From IMG/VR virus record IMGVR_UViG_2874968258_000011: a DNA stretch of 31,126 nucleotides; one strand, 5' to 3'. Of the stretch, positions 20,365 to 29,435 are shown in pieces. The first letter of the stretch is position 1. Every line of letters starts with the position of its first letter. The notes beneath the pieces were generated by a model, which ran no database searches, had not been told where the DNA came from, and saw only the letters and a program-made list of their open reading frames with translations. The position numbers and the translations under genes were made by a program. The DNA is from a virus. Lineage: Duplodnaviria > Heunggongvirae > Uroviricota > Caudoviricetes.

Positions 20365-20734
20365 TAGCTTCGCTCTTCCGGCACTCGCGACAGATTATAT
20401 TCAGGCGCCTGTCGTAGCGGCGTATTTCTCCGTCTGGTAATGACCAGATAAGGTCAGGATCAACCACAACCGGTTTCTTCACCTTTACCCTCGATAGCTT
20501 TTTGCGGGCGTTTTGCCAGTCTTTATGAGCCTGTTCAGAGGGAAATACCCCGTAGCCAGAATTATATACATCACCACTTGCGACCAGTTCCATGCATAAG
20601 CGACCGACAGACGCACGACTGATACCTGTTTCATCTGACAACTGCCGAATCGTGACCCGACCGTCCTGATGCACGAGTTCCACAATTCGCGTCTTCAGTT
20701 CTTCCCGCTGTTCGGGAGTAAAAGGTTTCGCCAT
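20365..20734 (-). CDS. Hypothetical prophage protein; 3' end runs into IS600, probably C-terminally truncated
   Basis: ORF 20318..20734 with strong AGGAGG RBS; last ~14 codons are IS600-derived. Confidence 0.45.
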
Positions 20735-20748
20735 AAATCCTCCTGAAA

Positions 20749-21495
20749 CTACTTAACAACCCTCGAATGGCTAACATTCGGACGCCAGCTCTCCCAGTTA
20801 AAATTCACCCAGCGCCCGCCGTTCATGACCATGCGATCCATCACCCGCTCGCCGAGAAGTGTATTCATCGCTGCATGGTTAATATTTGTCAGCATCCCCA
20901 CACCGCGTAACGATGCCGTCCGGCGATCAACAATCTGGTTCAGTACCACCTGCTCGTTTTTCGTATCCCGCTGCATGCCAATTTCATCCAGGACCAGCAG
21001 GTCAACACCACAAAGCTCCTGTAAAAATTTTTCACCGGATTTGCCGTTGTCGTAGCTCTCATGCAACACGCTCATGACATCGGACACGGTGACGATAATC
21101 ACGCTACGCCCCTTCGCCATCAGCCGGTTGCCAATCGCGTCTGCAAGATGATTTTTTCCGGTGCCGGGCTTACCGCTGAACACAAAATTCGTACAGCCTG
21201 TCATCAGTTCGTCAGCTATGGATTTCGCCTGACTCAGTGCATGTCGCTGACCGTCGTTCTGCGCCCGGTAATTCGCAAACGAACACTTCCGGTGCAACGG
21301 CTGGATGCCGGAGCGGTTCAGGATTTTTTCCACCCGCAACTGACGATTCAGGCGGTTGATCTCCTCGCAACGTTTCTGGCCTTCAGCAAGTTGCCACTCG
21401 CGCCACTCCGCAACCGTTCTGAATGGGGCGGTTACATGTGGTGGGGTCAGTCTGCGGATACGCTCCAGAACGCCTCCTGTCGCAATATTTTTCAT
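20749..21495 (-). CDS. DnaC-like replication protein (helicase loader, YdaV-like)
   Basis: 248-aa ORF with Walker A GKPGTGKN and Walker B LLVLDEIG. Confidence 0.8.
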   Translation of the reverse strand: MKNIATGGVLERIRRLTPPHVTAPFRTVAEWREWQLAEGQKRCEEINRLNRQLRVEKILNRSGIQPLHRKCSFANYRAQNDGQRHALSQAKSIADELMTGCTNFVFSGKPGTGKNHLADAIGNRLMAKGRSVIIVTVSDVMSVLHESYDNGKSGEKFLQELCGVDLLVLDEIGMQRDTKNEQVVLNQIVDRRTASLRGVGMLTNINHAAMNTLLGERVMDRMVMNGGRWVNFNWESWRPNVSHSRVVK

Positions 21496-22033
21496 GGTCT
21501 GTTACCCCCTGAAGCCTGGCGGGATCGCACTGTCCGGCAACGAGACGGTGTTAACCTGTCGGAGCAACGTCTCAGGCCGAACACCTTTCGGCGCGAACAG
21601 ACCCTGGTATTCATTGGCGATGCTGTGTCGAATCACCTGCTCAGGTGTAAAACCCTGCTGACGGAATTTTTCCAGTTCCCGTATCGCCCCGTTAGCGCCC
21701 TGCTCCGTTCGAATCGGTTTTCGCAATGCCTGCCTGAACTGGACCCACTCATGCCAGAGTGTTTCTGGCAACCAGTCGGGCAGATCAACTGACAACGGGT
21801 CAAATTTTTTCTGGCGAACAGCCCCACCGATAACCAGAATTCCCTGCTCGGTGTGCCTTGCGATATCACTGCGCCGCAAGACACATATCCCGGTTTCAAC
21901 AGCACCGATTTTGAGCAGTGATTTCTGTCGCGGAGAATTTCGGTCAAGCTCGCTCCCACACCGGACACCGTTCCTGTCAGTCACGACGATTGAGGTGTAC
22001 TGGCAATAGCGGACACTACCATTTGTTCTTTTT

Positions 22034-22852
22034 TTAAGCAGCCATCTGATGATATTTTTCCCTGAAGGCTGCCGGGGAGATATTCCCCAGACGAGAGTGA
22101 CGACGCTGACGATTGTAGAAAATCTCAATGTATTCCCGTATTACTGAGATGGCTTCATCCCGGTTATTAAAACGATAGTGGCTCAGGCTCTCATTTTTCA
22201 GCGTTCCCCAGAAGCTTTCCATCGGAGCGTTGTCGTAACAGTTACCTTTACGCGACATTGATGTTTTCAGACCAGACTGCTCCTGTATGACCCGGTAATC
22301 GTATGCGCAGTACTGTGAACCTCGATCAGAGTGGTGGATTAGCCCGGCAGGTGGGCGCTGGCTCCTGAGCGCCATAAACAGGGCTTTACCTGTCAGCTCT
22401 TTTGTCATGCGCTCTCCCATGGCGTAGCCGACAATTTCGCACGTATAAACATCTTTGATGCCAGCGAGGTACAACCATCCCTCCTGTGTGGCAACATACG
22501 TCAGGTCCGCCACCCAGACCTGATTTGGTGCTGTAGGAGCGAACGTCTGGTTCAGCAGATTTGGCGCAACTGGCAGATTGTGGTTCGAGTTCGTAGTCGC
22601 TCTGAACTTGCGTTTCTGCTTACAGCGTAGCCTTAGCTCCTTACGAAGACGTGCCAGTCGGTCACGACCAACGATGATGCCATTCTCTGCCAGCTCCGTC
22701 TGGAGCCGCCGGGTTCCATATGTTTCGCGAGTGCGGATATGTGCCACCTTAATCTCCAGTTTTAGCCGCTCATCACTTTGTTTTCTGTCTGAGGGTTCAT
22801 GCTGTACCCAGTTGTAATAACCGCTCCTGGATACACCAAATACCTGACACAT
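22034..22852 (-). CDS. IS600 OrfB
   Basis: 272-aa ORF. Confidence 0.9.
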   Translation of the reverse strand: MCQVFGVSRSGYYNWVQHEPSDRKQSDERLKLEIKVAHIRTRETYGTRRLQTELAENGIIVGRDRLARLRKELRLRCKQKRKFRATTNSNHNLPVAPNLLNQTFAPTAPNQVWVADLTYVATQEGWLYLAGIKDVYTCEIVGYAMGERMTKELTGKALFMALRSQRPPAGLIHHSDRGSQYCAYDYRVIQEQSGLKTSMSRKGNCYDNAPMESFWGTLKNESLSHYRFNNRDEAISVIREYIEIFYNRQRRHSRLGNISPAAFREKYHQMAA

Positions 22853-22887
22853 CGCTTCAATGGGAAATTGTTGTCGCCATTGTTCGA

Positions 22888-23190
22888 TTAACGCGTATTT
22901 TTCAGCGACTCCTGTGCAAAATACGCTGTTGCTTTTTTTAATATATCTCGCTCAAGGCGAGCTTCATTTAACGCCTTACGCAGTTGCAGAATTTCAGATT
23001 CCAGTTCAGCCACCGTGCGGGAACCAGGAGTACCGAGCCCTTTTCTGGCGGCGGTAACCCATTGTCCTAAAGTGCCTTCAGGAAGAGATAATCGGGAAGC
23101 GCCTTCACTGATCGAAAGTTGATTTTCAGGAACCGTTCTGACAGCTTCGGCTTTGAACTCTTTAGAGTAACGTTGGGTTTTTCTGCTCAT
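22888..23190 (-). CDS. IS600 OrfA (P variant)
   Basis: 100-aa ORF. Confidence 0.9.
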   Translation of the reverse strand: MSRKTQRYSKEFKAEAVRTVPENQLSISEGASRLSLPEGTLGQWVTAARKGLGTPGSRTVAELESEILQLRKALNEARLERDILKKATAYFAQESLKNTR

Positions 23191-23980
23191 TATTAGCTCC
23201 TTCTGATGCCATTCTATTTCAGGAAGGAGTGTCCGTTAAACTCAGGCTACCTCAGATATCAATCCGCCCTCCGCAACCGTCACCACGCTCTGGCACCGGA
23301 TACTCACGACAGACATCCAGGCCAGCAGCCTGCAACGCAACCACCGCAGAATTACAAAATTCCGCTGCAGTACCGCCAGATAATCTCCCCTCAAGCACTC
23401 CAGCCACAAAATCCCGAAACTCCCTTCCGGAAGGGAAGGGTTTGGGATGGGTTAGATCTGTTTTTAGATCTTTATCTGTATCTTTATTAGTTGCCTTTGT
23501 GTTGGCATCATGTTCGAACATCACTCCAACATCTGTTTGAACACCTGTTAAATTTCTCTCTTGTTTTGTTTGAACATCTGCTTCCTTTCTGCTTCTTCTG
23601 GCCTGAACAGATGCTTTTCCTGCGGCTGATTTTTTGGTTAATTTTTCTCTGACAGATGCCAGATCTTCCTCAATCCGAAGATGCATCCATTCGTCGCCGT
23701 TATCACAAAAAAACTCCCGCAAGGATGGTTCAACATCAACCCATCGCTCGTTAGTCAGACGGGCAATTTTTGCCAACCTGTTTTTGGGTATTGGCTTTCC
23801 TGTTTGCCAGTAATTGAACATCAGCAACAAATACGCGCCGTGCTCCTCTGCTGACAAATGCATGGTGTCAGCCAGGTAATCAGCTATGTACAGTTGCATG
23901 TATGGTAATGCGGCCATAATTGCCCCGTATGATGCTGCCCGGTTGCTTAGAATAAGCACAAACAGCATGGAAACTTTTGC

Positions 23981-24403
23981 TTAATGAACAATGACAGAAT
24001 CGTCGGAAGACCCGCCGCCGCTGAAATGCGCTTTCCGGTAAACGGCCTGGACTGCATCATCATGCGCATCAATTGCCGTACTCAACGCTTCCTGCGCCGC
24101 CAGTAATGCACGGCGTTCCAGGGTATCGAAGATGCAGAGTCGGTGACGCAGCTCGCGCGGAAGAATTGCCAGAACCGCAGGGATCAGTTTCTGAATTTTT
24201 TCCCTTTGCGCTTTCGTTTCACCTTTCAACCAACGGTGATAGATATTCTGCTGATTGTTCCAGTCCTTGCCTGGTACAAGGGGCAATTCGCCGCCCCCCT
24301 GGCGCAGATATTCTTCAGTAATTGCGTTAGCGACCCACGCCTGCCCTTTTTCGGCTGCCAGGGCTAACAACACTGATTCGATGTGCTCATGCCTGATTTT
24401 CAT
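23981..24403 (-). CDS. YdaT-like / CII-like prophage regulatory protein
   Basis: 140-aa ORF MKIRHEHIESVLLAL…; start overlaps cro-like stop (ATGA). Confidence 0.55.
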   Translation of the reverse strand: MKIRHEHIESVLLALAAEKGQAWVANAITEEYLRQGGGELPLVPGKDWNNQQNIYHRWLKGETKAQREKIQKLIPAVLAILPRELRHRLCIFDTLERRALLAAQEALSTAIDAHDDAVQAVYRKAHFSGGGSSDDSVIVH

Positions 24404-24642
24404 GAATCAACCGCTCCTATGCTGTTTTCGCTATGCTTACCGTCTGGGGGGAATACATCGTCAAGTCCACAATGAGCGCCAAGCCGATTAAGGGTAGAAA
24501 CAATTTTTCTGCACTCCTCTAGTCCAGGGGTACGAAAATTTGCTTCGTAATTTGCCAGTCGGCTTTGTATCCACCCTAACTGAACAGCAAGTTGTCTTTG
24601 AGACAGCCCAAGCTGTTTTCGATATGTTGAAATTTTGTTCAT
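24400..24642 (-). CDS. Cro/YdaS-like HTH (XRE) regulator
   Basis: 80-aa ORF with HTH QLGLSQRQLAVQLGWIQSRLANYE; divergent from repressor gene. Confidence 0.7.
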   Translation of the reverse strand: MNKISTYRKQLGLSQRQLAVQLGWIQSRLANYEANFRTPGLEECRKIVSTLNRLGAHCGLDDVFPPDGKHSENSIGAVDS

Positions 24643-24738
24643 TGAAAACCTCCGATGACAATTTTAAACACACCTTGTGTTATATAGCCAAGCTGTTTTG
24701 TGTTTTATGTAAATCACGATTCGTGATACAAGGATGCA
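24643..24738. promoter_or_regulatory. Divergent immunity-region control region with two 15-bp palindromes (AACACAccTTGTGTT 24667-24681; ATCACGattCGTGAT 24713-24727)
   Basis: 96-bp intergenic spacer between divergent HTH genes; perfect palindromes read directly. Confidence 0.55.
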
Positions 24739-25158
24739 ATGGAAAAAGAAAACGAAAAAATTGCCGCTAGTAGGCTCAATGACAAAATTGCAATGCGTCT
24801 TAAAGAGCGCAGGCAGAAGCTTGGTTTATCTCAAGGAAAACTTGCTGAAATCTGCGGATGGACGCAATCGCGTATAGGTAACTATGAGGCGGGCAGCAGA
24901 AATGTTGGAGTACATGACGCTGTCGTATTGGGAAAGGCACTTGGCATATCTCCTCCTGAGCTCCTCTTTGGAGAACAGGAATCTTCTGAATTGTGGTTAA
25001 ATGAATCCCAACGAAAACTTCTTGAGTTGTTTAACCAGCTACCGGGCTCAGAACAACAACGAATGATTGAGCTATTTGAAGTCCGGCTAAAAGAAATCGA
25101 TGAGTATGTAGAAAAATATTTGAGAGGCAGGATTAAAGATAATCCCCCACCGGAATAA
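24739..25158 (+). CDS. CI-like prophage repressor, HTH-XRE, no recognisable S24 peptidase domain (RacR-like)
   Basis: 139-aa ORF with HTH KLGLSQGKLAEICGWTQSRIGNYE; helical C-terminus. Confidence 0.7.
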   Translation: MEKENEKIAASRLNDKIAMRLKERRQKLGLSQGKLAEICGWTQSRIGNYEAGSRNVGVHDAVVLGKALGISPPELLFGEQESSELWLNESQRKLLELFNQLPGSEQQRMIELFEVRLKEIDEYVEKYLRGRIKDNPPPE

Positions 25159-25189
25159 TGATCTTGCTATCACAGTAATATGCCAATCA

Positions 25190-25212
25190 GCCCGCTATCA
25201 GCGGGCTTTTTT
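25190..25212 (+). terminator. Intrinsic terminator after repressor gene (GCCCGCT-ATC-AGCGGGC then T6)
   Basis: Perfect 7-bp stem followed by TTTTTT. Confidence 0.7.
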
Positions 25213-25254
25213 GTAGCATCATCATATGACACTCACCATAAAACACATTGCGTG

Positions 25255-25283
25255 TTGACACAAGAAAACAAATTGTGTTTAAT
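25255..25283 (+). promoter_or_regulatory. Candidate sigma70 promoter (TTGACA, 17-bp spacer, TTTAAT) overlapped by inverted repeat ACACAA…TTGTGT
   Basis: Consensus -35 hexamer and AT-rich -10 read in sequence. Confidence 0.45.
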
Positions 25284-25463
25284 AAGCATATCCAAACAAC
25301 GCCCCACCAGAGAACGGCAGGACAATACCTCGAGTTATCCAGTCACTGAACAGGGCTAAGTAGCCAGCCTGAGGCATACGAACATGACGGCAGTTGTTGA
25401 TTGATACAAAGCGCAGTAGATAAAACGTTCCGCCACCCGGCGTTAAGGGGAAATGGGGTCAAC

Positions 25464-25619
25464 ATGAATACTATCGATCTTGGCAACAACGAATCTCTGG
25501 TATGTGGCGTGTTTCCCAATCAAGACGGCACATTCACCGCCATGACGTATACCAAAAGCAAAACGTTTAAAACCGAAGCTGGCGCACGTCGTTGGTTGGG
25601 AAGACATTCAGGTGAGTAA
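25464..25619 (+). CDS. Hypothetical small prophage protein (51 aa)
   Basis: ORF from internal ATG with G-rich RBS; early-left region context. Confidence 0.4.
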   Translation: MNTIDLGNNESLVCGVFPNQDGTFTAMTYTKSKTFKTEAGARRWLGRHSGE

Positions 25620-25662
25620 AATGAACGAGACAGAATTAAAACACGTTATCGCTCTACTCCTA

Positions 25663-26815
25663 AATAGCTGCGCGGAATAGTAGATCACTTTGAGGGAACT
25701 TAGCCCGGATTGTGCGATCTGATCAATCGCCAAATCAAAACAAATCACCAACCGGACTGAGCAATGCCGATCATAGCACCAATTTCCCGTGACGAACGAC
25801 GCCTGATGCAGAAAGCCATCCATAAAACACACGATAAAAATTATGCCCGCAGACTGACTGCCATGCTGATGCTGCACCGGGGCGACCGTGTCAGCGACGT
25901 TGCCAGAACGCTCTGCTGCGCCCGTTCCTCTGTTGGACGCTGGATTAACTGGTTCACGCAGTCGGGTGTTGAGGGACTGAAATCATTACCTGCCGGGCGT
26001 GCCCGTCGCTGGCCGTTTGAGCATATCTGCACACTGTTACGTGAGCTGGTAAAACATTCTCCCGGCGACTTTGGCTACCAGCGTTCACGCTGGAGTACAG
26101 AACTGCTGGCAATAAAAATCAATGAGATAACCGGTTGCCAGTTAAATGCCGGAACCGTTCGCCGCTGGTTGCCGTCTGCGGGGATTGTGTGGCGAAGGGC
26201 TGCGCCAACTCTGCGTATCCGTGACCCGCATAAAGATGAAAAGATGGCAGCAATCCATAAAGCACTGGACGAATGCAGCGCAGAGCATCCGGTCTTTTAT
26301 GAAGATGAAGTGGATATCCATCTTAATCCCAAAATCGGTGCGGACTGGCAACTGCGCGGACAGCAAAAACGGGTGGTCACGCCGGGACAGAATGAAAAAT
26401 ATTATCTGGCCGGAGCGCTGCACAGCGGGACAGGTAAAGTCAGCTGTGTGGGCGGCAACAGCAAAAGTTCGGCGCTGTTCATCAGCCTGCTGAAGCGGCT
26501 TAAAGCGACATACCGTCGGGCGAAAACCATCACGCTGATCGTGGACAACTACATTATCCACAAAAGCCGGGAAACACAGAGCTGGCTGAAGGAGAACCCG
26601 AAGTTCAGGGTCATTTATCAGCCGGTTTACTCGCCATGGGTGAATCATGTTGAACGGCTATGGCAGGCACTTCACGACACAATAACGCGTAATCATCAGT
26701 GCAGCTCAATGTGGCAACTGTTGAAAAAAGTTCGCCATTTTATGGAAACCGTCAGCCCATTCCCCGGAGGCAAACATGGGCTGGCAAAAGTGTAGCGGTA
26801 TTAAGCGCAGCTATT
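25663..26815 (+). mobile_element. IS630, 1153 bp, TA target duplication
   Basis: Inverted ends AATAGCTGCGC…/…GCGCAGCTATT; TA at 25661-25662 and 26816-26817; 343-aa transposase. Confidence 0.85.
25764..26795 (+). CDS. IS630-family transposase
   Basis: 343-aa ORF with N-terminal HTH and DDE-type C-terminal region. Confidence 0.85.
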   Translation: MPIIAPISRDERRLMQKAIHKTHDKNYARRLTAMLMLHRGDRVSDVARTLCCARSSVGRWINWFTQSGVEGLKSLPAGRARRWPFEHICTLLRELVKHSPGDFGYQRSRWSTELLAIKINEITGCQLNAGTVRRWLPSAGIVWRRAAPTLRIRDPHKDEKMAAIHKALDECSAEHPVFYEDEVDIHLNPKIGADWQLRGQQKRVVTPGQNEKYYLAGALHSGTGKVSCVGGNSKSSALFISLLKRLKATYRRAKTITLIVDNYIIHKSRETQSWLKENPKFRVIYQPVYSPWVNHVERLWQALHDTITRNHQCSSMWQLLKKVRHFMETVSPFPGGKHGLAKV

Positions 26816-26955
26816 TAGAAGATGCAAAACGCCTCCAGCAACTGGAGCCAAATGCAGGCACTGGGGCACGCATCTGGCTGGCTAAAGAAGCGCTGGAATC
26901 TGGCGATTATGATAGCGAAGAAGCCTTCTACAAAGCAGAAGGCCGTACAGGATAT

Positions 26956-27246
26956 TCACCGGGTCTTGGCGGGGTATAAATACCATGCGCATTGACTGAA
27001 TTCGCAAACAAAAACAGACGCGCGATACCTGGATAGTCGGTCTGCATAGTCAGATATCTGGCTGCGAATTTGATAAATATCACCGCCCTTTTCGGAAACA
27101 TAAGTTCCGTCCGGGAGTTGATTATACGAACCATCTCCATGGGGGATCGTTCTCCTGAATCCTAGTGAGAGCATATATTTATGAAGCCCTTCGTAATCCT
27201 CTGGCTCAGCATTATATAGTTCTACTCTGGCGAGATACGTTGGCAT
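26956..27246 (-). CDS. Hypothetical protein (96 aa), convergent with and overlapping the 3' end of the IS630-split gene
   Basis: ORF 26956..27252; second ATG has properly spaced AGGA RBS. Confidence 0.4.
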   Translation of the reverse strand: MPTYLARVELYNAEPEDYEGLHKYMLSLGFRRTIPHGDGSYNQLPDGTYVSEKGGDIYQIRSQISDYADRLSRYRASVFVCEFSQCAWYLYPAKTR

Positions 27247-27482
27247 ATTCATTTCCTTACTGGTTGTGTGAGAACTTCAGTAAAGATACCACCAAAGCCC
27301 GGAGGTGGTGAAATAAAACCGGGCACAACACGAAGGCGCATTTCCGGTATCCATAAAGAGTCGGTCTTGTCTGTTAAATTTAAATGGTGGGAGTGCGCCT
27401 CCGGTTGTAAATAACGACATTGCTGTGTGAAGTACCAGTTGGCGGCATCGGTTTAATTGCTGGCTGATGTCCGCCCTTTTTA

Positions 27483-27625
27483 AAGTGAATTTTGTGATGC
27501 GGTGAATGCGGCTCAGCGCACGCGGAACAGTTAAAACAGTAAGGAAAATCCCTTATTCCGGCGTTAATTGTTAACTGGTTAACGTCACCTGGAGGCACCA
27601 GGCACCGCATCAACAAAGTTCACTT
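27483..27625. repeat. Imperfect inverted repeat pair (22/23 nt arms at 27483-27504 and 27603-27625, about 98 bp apart) upstream of Rha-like gene
   Basis: AAGTGAATTTTGTGATGCGGTG versus reverse complement AAGTGAACTTTGTTGATGCGGTG. Confidence 0.6.
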
Positions 27626-27647
27626 CGGTGATGAAAGGAAAGAGAAA

Positions 27648-28493
27648 ATGTTGAATGTAGCTATTGAAAACCAGAACGGGTGGAATTATAGTGCACCTGC
27701 ACCTCATAAAACGGGTGCCGGGATTGCTACCCCGAAGTCATTCACGGCGCATAACCGCGCTCAGGCGGTTTTTTTATGCGTAATGCACAGCCACATTCAA
27801 ATTATGGTGGGGCGTGCGGGGCAGTCGCAAGACTGGCCGGGTTCCGTGATGACCGGTTGTAGCAACCCTGTACGTCTCACCACCCATGAGATTGCTACCT
27901 CCGGTGGTGAGTTAATCAAATTCATCGCGGAGGCTGCCATCATGGCTACTACCCTTTCTCACCCTTGTGTAACCGTAGAAAACGGTCGCGCTGTCACTAC
28001 GTCTGTTGCGGTTGCAGAGTTCTTCCACAAACGACACGACAATGTGTTACGTGCCATCGCAAATATTGAATGCTCAGATAAATTTACTGCCCTCAATTTT
28101 GAAGCGAGCGAATACACCGACTCAATCGGGCGCAAACTCCCAATGTACCAAATCACCAAAAACGGCTTCGTTTTCCTGGTTATGGGCTTCACTGGCAAAA
28201 AAGCCGCTGCATTCAAAGAAGCCTACATTGCTGAGTTCGACCGCATGGAGGCCGAACTGCGCCAGAATAACACCCCACCTGCTGACAAGATGATTCCGGG
28301 TGATGGTCGCACTCTGGTTGTTCACTTCGACAAATTCGGCAATGTCGAATTCACCGAAACCGTTCCTGATGGCGCACTGGTCTGTACCCTGGAGACTTTC
28401 CGGTTTTATCTGGAAAAACAGGGATGGACTCTTGTTAACCGGGGCGCAATTAAAAATATGACTGTGGAACAATTACTCAAAATTCATTGTTGA
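27648..28493 (+). CDS. Rha-family phage regulatory protein / antirepressor-like; alternative internal start at 27942
   Basis: Rha-like segment VTVENGRAVTTSVAVAEFFHKRHDNVLRAI begins near residue 105; both 27648 and 27942 ATGs have RBS. Confidence 0.5.
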   Translation: MLNVAIENQNGWNYSAPAPHKTGAGIATPKSFTAHNRAQAVFLCVMHSHIQIMVGRAGQSQDWPGSVMTGCSNPVRLTTHEIATSGGELIKFIAEAAIMATTLSHPCVTVENGRAVTTSVAVAEFFHKRHDNVLRAIANIECSDKFTALNFEASEYTDSIGRKLPMYQITKNGFVFLVMGFTGKKAAAFKEAYIAEFDRMEAELRQNNTPPADKMIPGDGRTLVVHFDKFGNVEFTETVPDGALVCTLETFRFYLEKQGWTLVNRGAIKNMTVEQLLKIHC

Positions 28494-28503
28494 GGACGCA
28501 ATA

Positions 28504-28692
28504 ATGGAGACGTTATTACCAAACGTTAATACGTCTGAAGGTTGTTTTGAAATTGGTGTCACTATCAGTAACCCTGTATTTACTGAAGATGCCATTAACA
28601 AGAGAAAACACGAACGGGAGCTATTAAATAAAATATGCATTGTTTCAATGCTGGCTCGTTTACGTCTGATGCCAAAAGGATGTGCACAATGA
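28504..28692 (+). CDS. Hypothetical small protein (62 aa)
   Basis: GAGGA RBS; stop overlaps next start (ATGA). Confidence 0.4.
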   Translation: METLLPNVNTSEGCFEIGVTISNPVFTEDAINKRKHERELLNKICIVSMLARLRLMPKGCAQ

Positions 28693-28880
28693 ATACAGTA
28701 TTTGCACTCGTTCTGACGGTTTTTCTTGTTTCCGGTGAACCGGTTGACATGGTTACTGGCGTATACAGCTCAATGAAAGAATGTATGACTGCCGCAGCGA
28801 AACAGAAAATTCCCGGTGACTGTTATCCGGTCGATAAAGTTATTCACCATGATAATAACGAAATCCCGGCAGGTCTTTAA
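28689..28880 (+). CDS. Hypothetical small exported protein (63 aa, N-terminal signal-like segment, two Cys)
   Basis: MNTVFALVLTVFLVSG… from internal ATG with AAGGA RBS; coupled to upstream ORF. Confidence 0.4.
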   Translation: MNTVFALVLTVFLVSGEPVDMVTGVYSSMKECMTAAAKQKIPGDCYPVDKVIHHDNNEIPAGL

Positions 28881-28964
28881 AACAGTTCCGTAATAAATAT
28901 CCGGTTTCATTCTTATATGCCAGCAATGGCAGGGGTTCGCTCAACCTTAATTAAGGAGAAAAAC

Positions 28965-29240
28965 ATGATTACCAGTTATGAAGCCACTGTTGTAACTACT
29001 GATGACATTGTTCACGAGGTTAATCTGGAAGGAAAGCGTATTGGCTACGTGATTAAGACAGAAAATAAAGAAACCCCATTCACTGTGGTTGATATCGACG
29101 GTCCATCAGGCAACGTTAAAACACTTAACGATGGTGTAAAAAAAATGTGTCTGGTGCACATAGGAAAGAATCTGCCCGCAGAAAAAAAAGCCGAATTTCT
29201 GGCAACTCTGATTGCAATGAAATTAAAAGGTGAAATCTGA
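28965..29240 (+). CDS. Hypothetical protein (91 aa)
   Basis: AAGGAGAAAAAC-ATG RBS; followed by 7-bp stem hairpin 29251-29269. Confidence 0.4.
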   Translation: MITSYEATVVTTDDIVHEVNLEGKRIGYVIKTENKETPFTVVDIDGPSGNVKTLNDGVKKMCLVHIGKNLPAEKKAEFLATLIAMKLKGEI

Positions 29241-29435
29241 AAAAAAGAAAGCCTGCACACTGTGCAGGCCTGAGTGAAGAACCTGGGACATTTATTCATC
29301 ACTCGCAGTAATTTTAATCTGAGTTGAGGTTAAAAAACAATGAGCACCGATAAACAAGTTTACCCACTGTATGAGGTAGCCTGAGTTTAACGGACACTCC
29401 TTCCTGAAATAGAATGGCATCAGAAGGAGCTAATA

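Larger units (their letters stand above)
21991..23254 (-). mobile_element. IS600 copy 6, 1264 bp, 3-bp duplication GAT
   Basis: IS600 ends; GAT at 21988-21990 and 23255-23257. Confidence 0.95.
21502..23917 (-). pseudogene. Replication initiator (YdaU/DUF1376-like) split by IS600; N-part 23255..23917, C-part 21502..21990
   Basis: Reading frame is continuous across the insertion through the duplicated GAT codon (Ile); C-part overlaps dnaC-like start. Confidence 0.6.
25621..26979 (+). pseudogene. Small prophage gene (~67 codons) split by IS630 after codon 13
   Basis: AGGTGAG RBS then ATG; frame reconstitutes across IS630 when one TA is removed (…HVIALL L EDAKRLQQLE…). Confidence 0.5.

Noticed and set aside
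23229-23540. Plus-strand ORFs (94 and 103 aa) crossing the IS600 copy 6 boundary
   Set aside because: Antisense to the replication initiator N-terminal fragment and partly IS-derived.
27380-27616. Minus-strand 78-aa ORF in the intergenic region upstream of Rha
   Set aside because: No RBS, Pro/His-rich implausible translation; region better explained as regulatory DNA.
27942-28493. Rha-like gene starting only at internal ATG 27942, making 27648-27941 non-coding
   Set aside because: Not resolved. Both ATGs have an RBS and the frame is open throughout, so the longer ORF is reported with the alternative noted.
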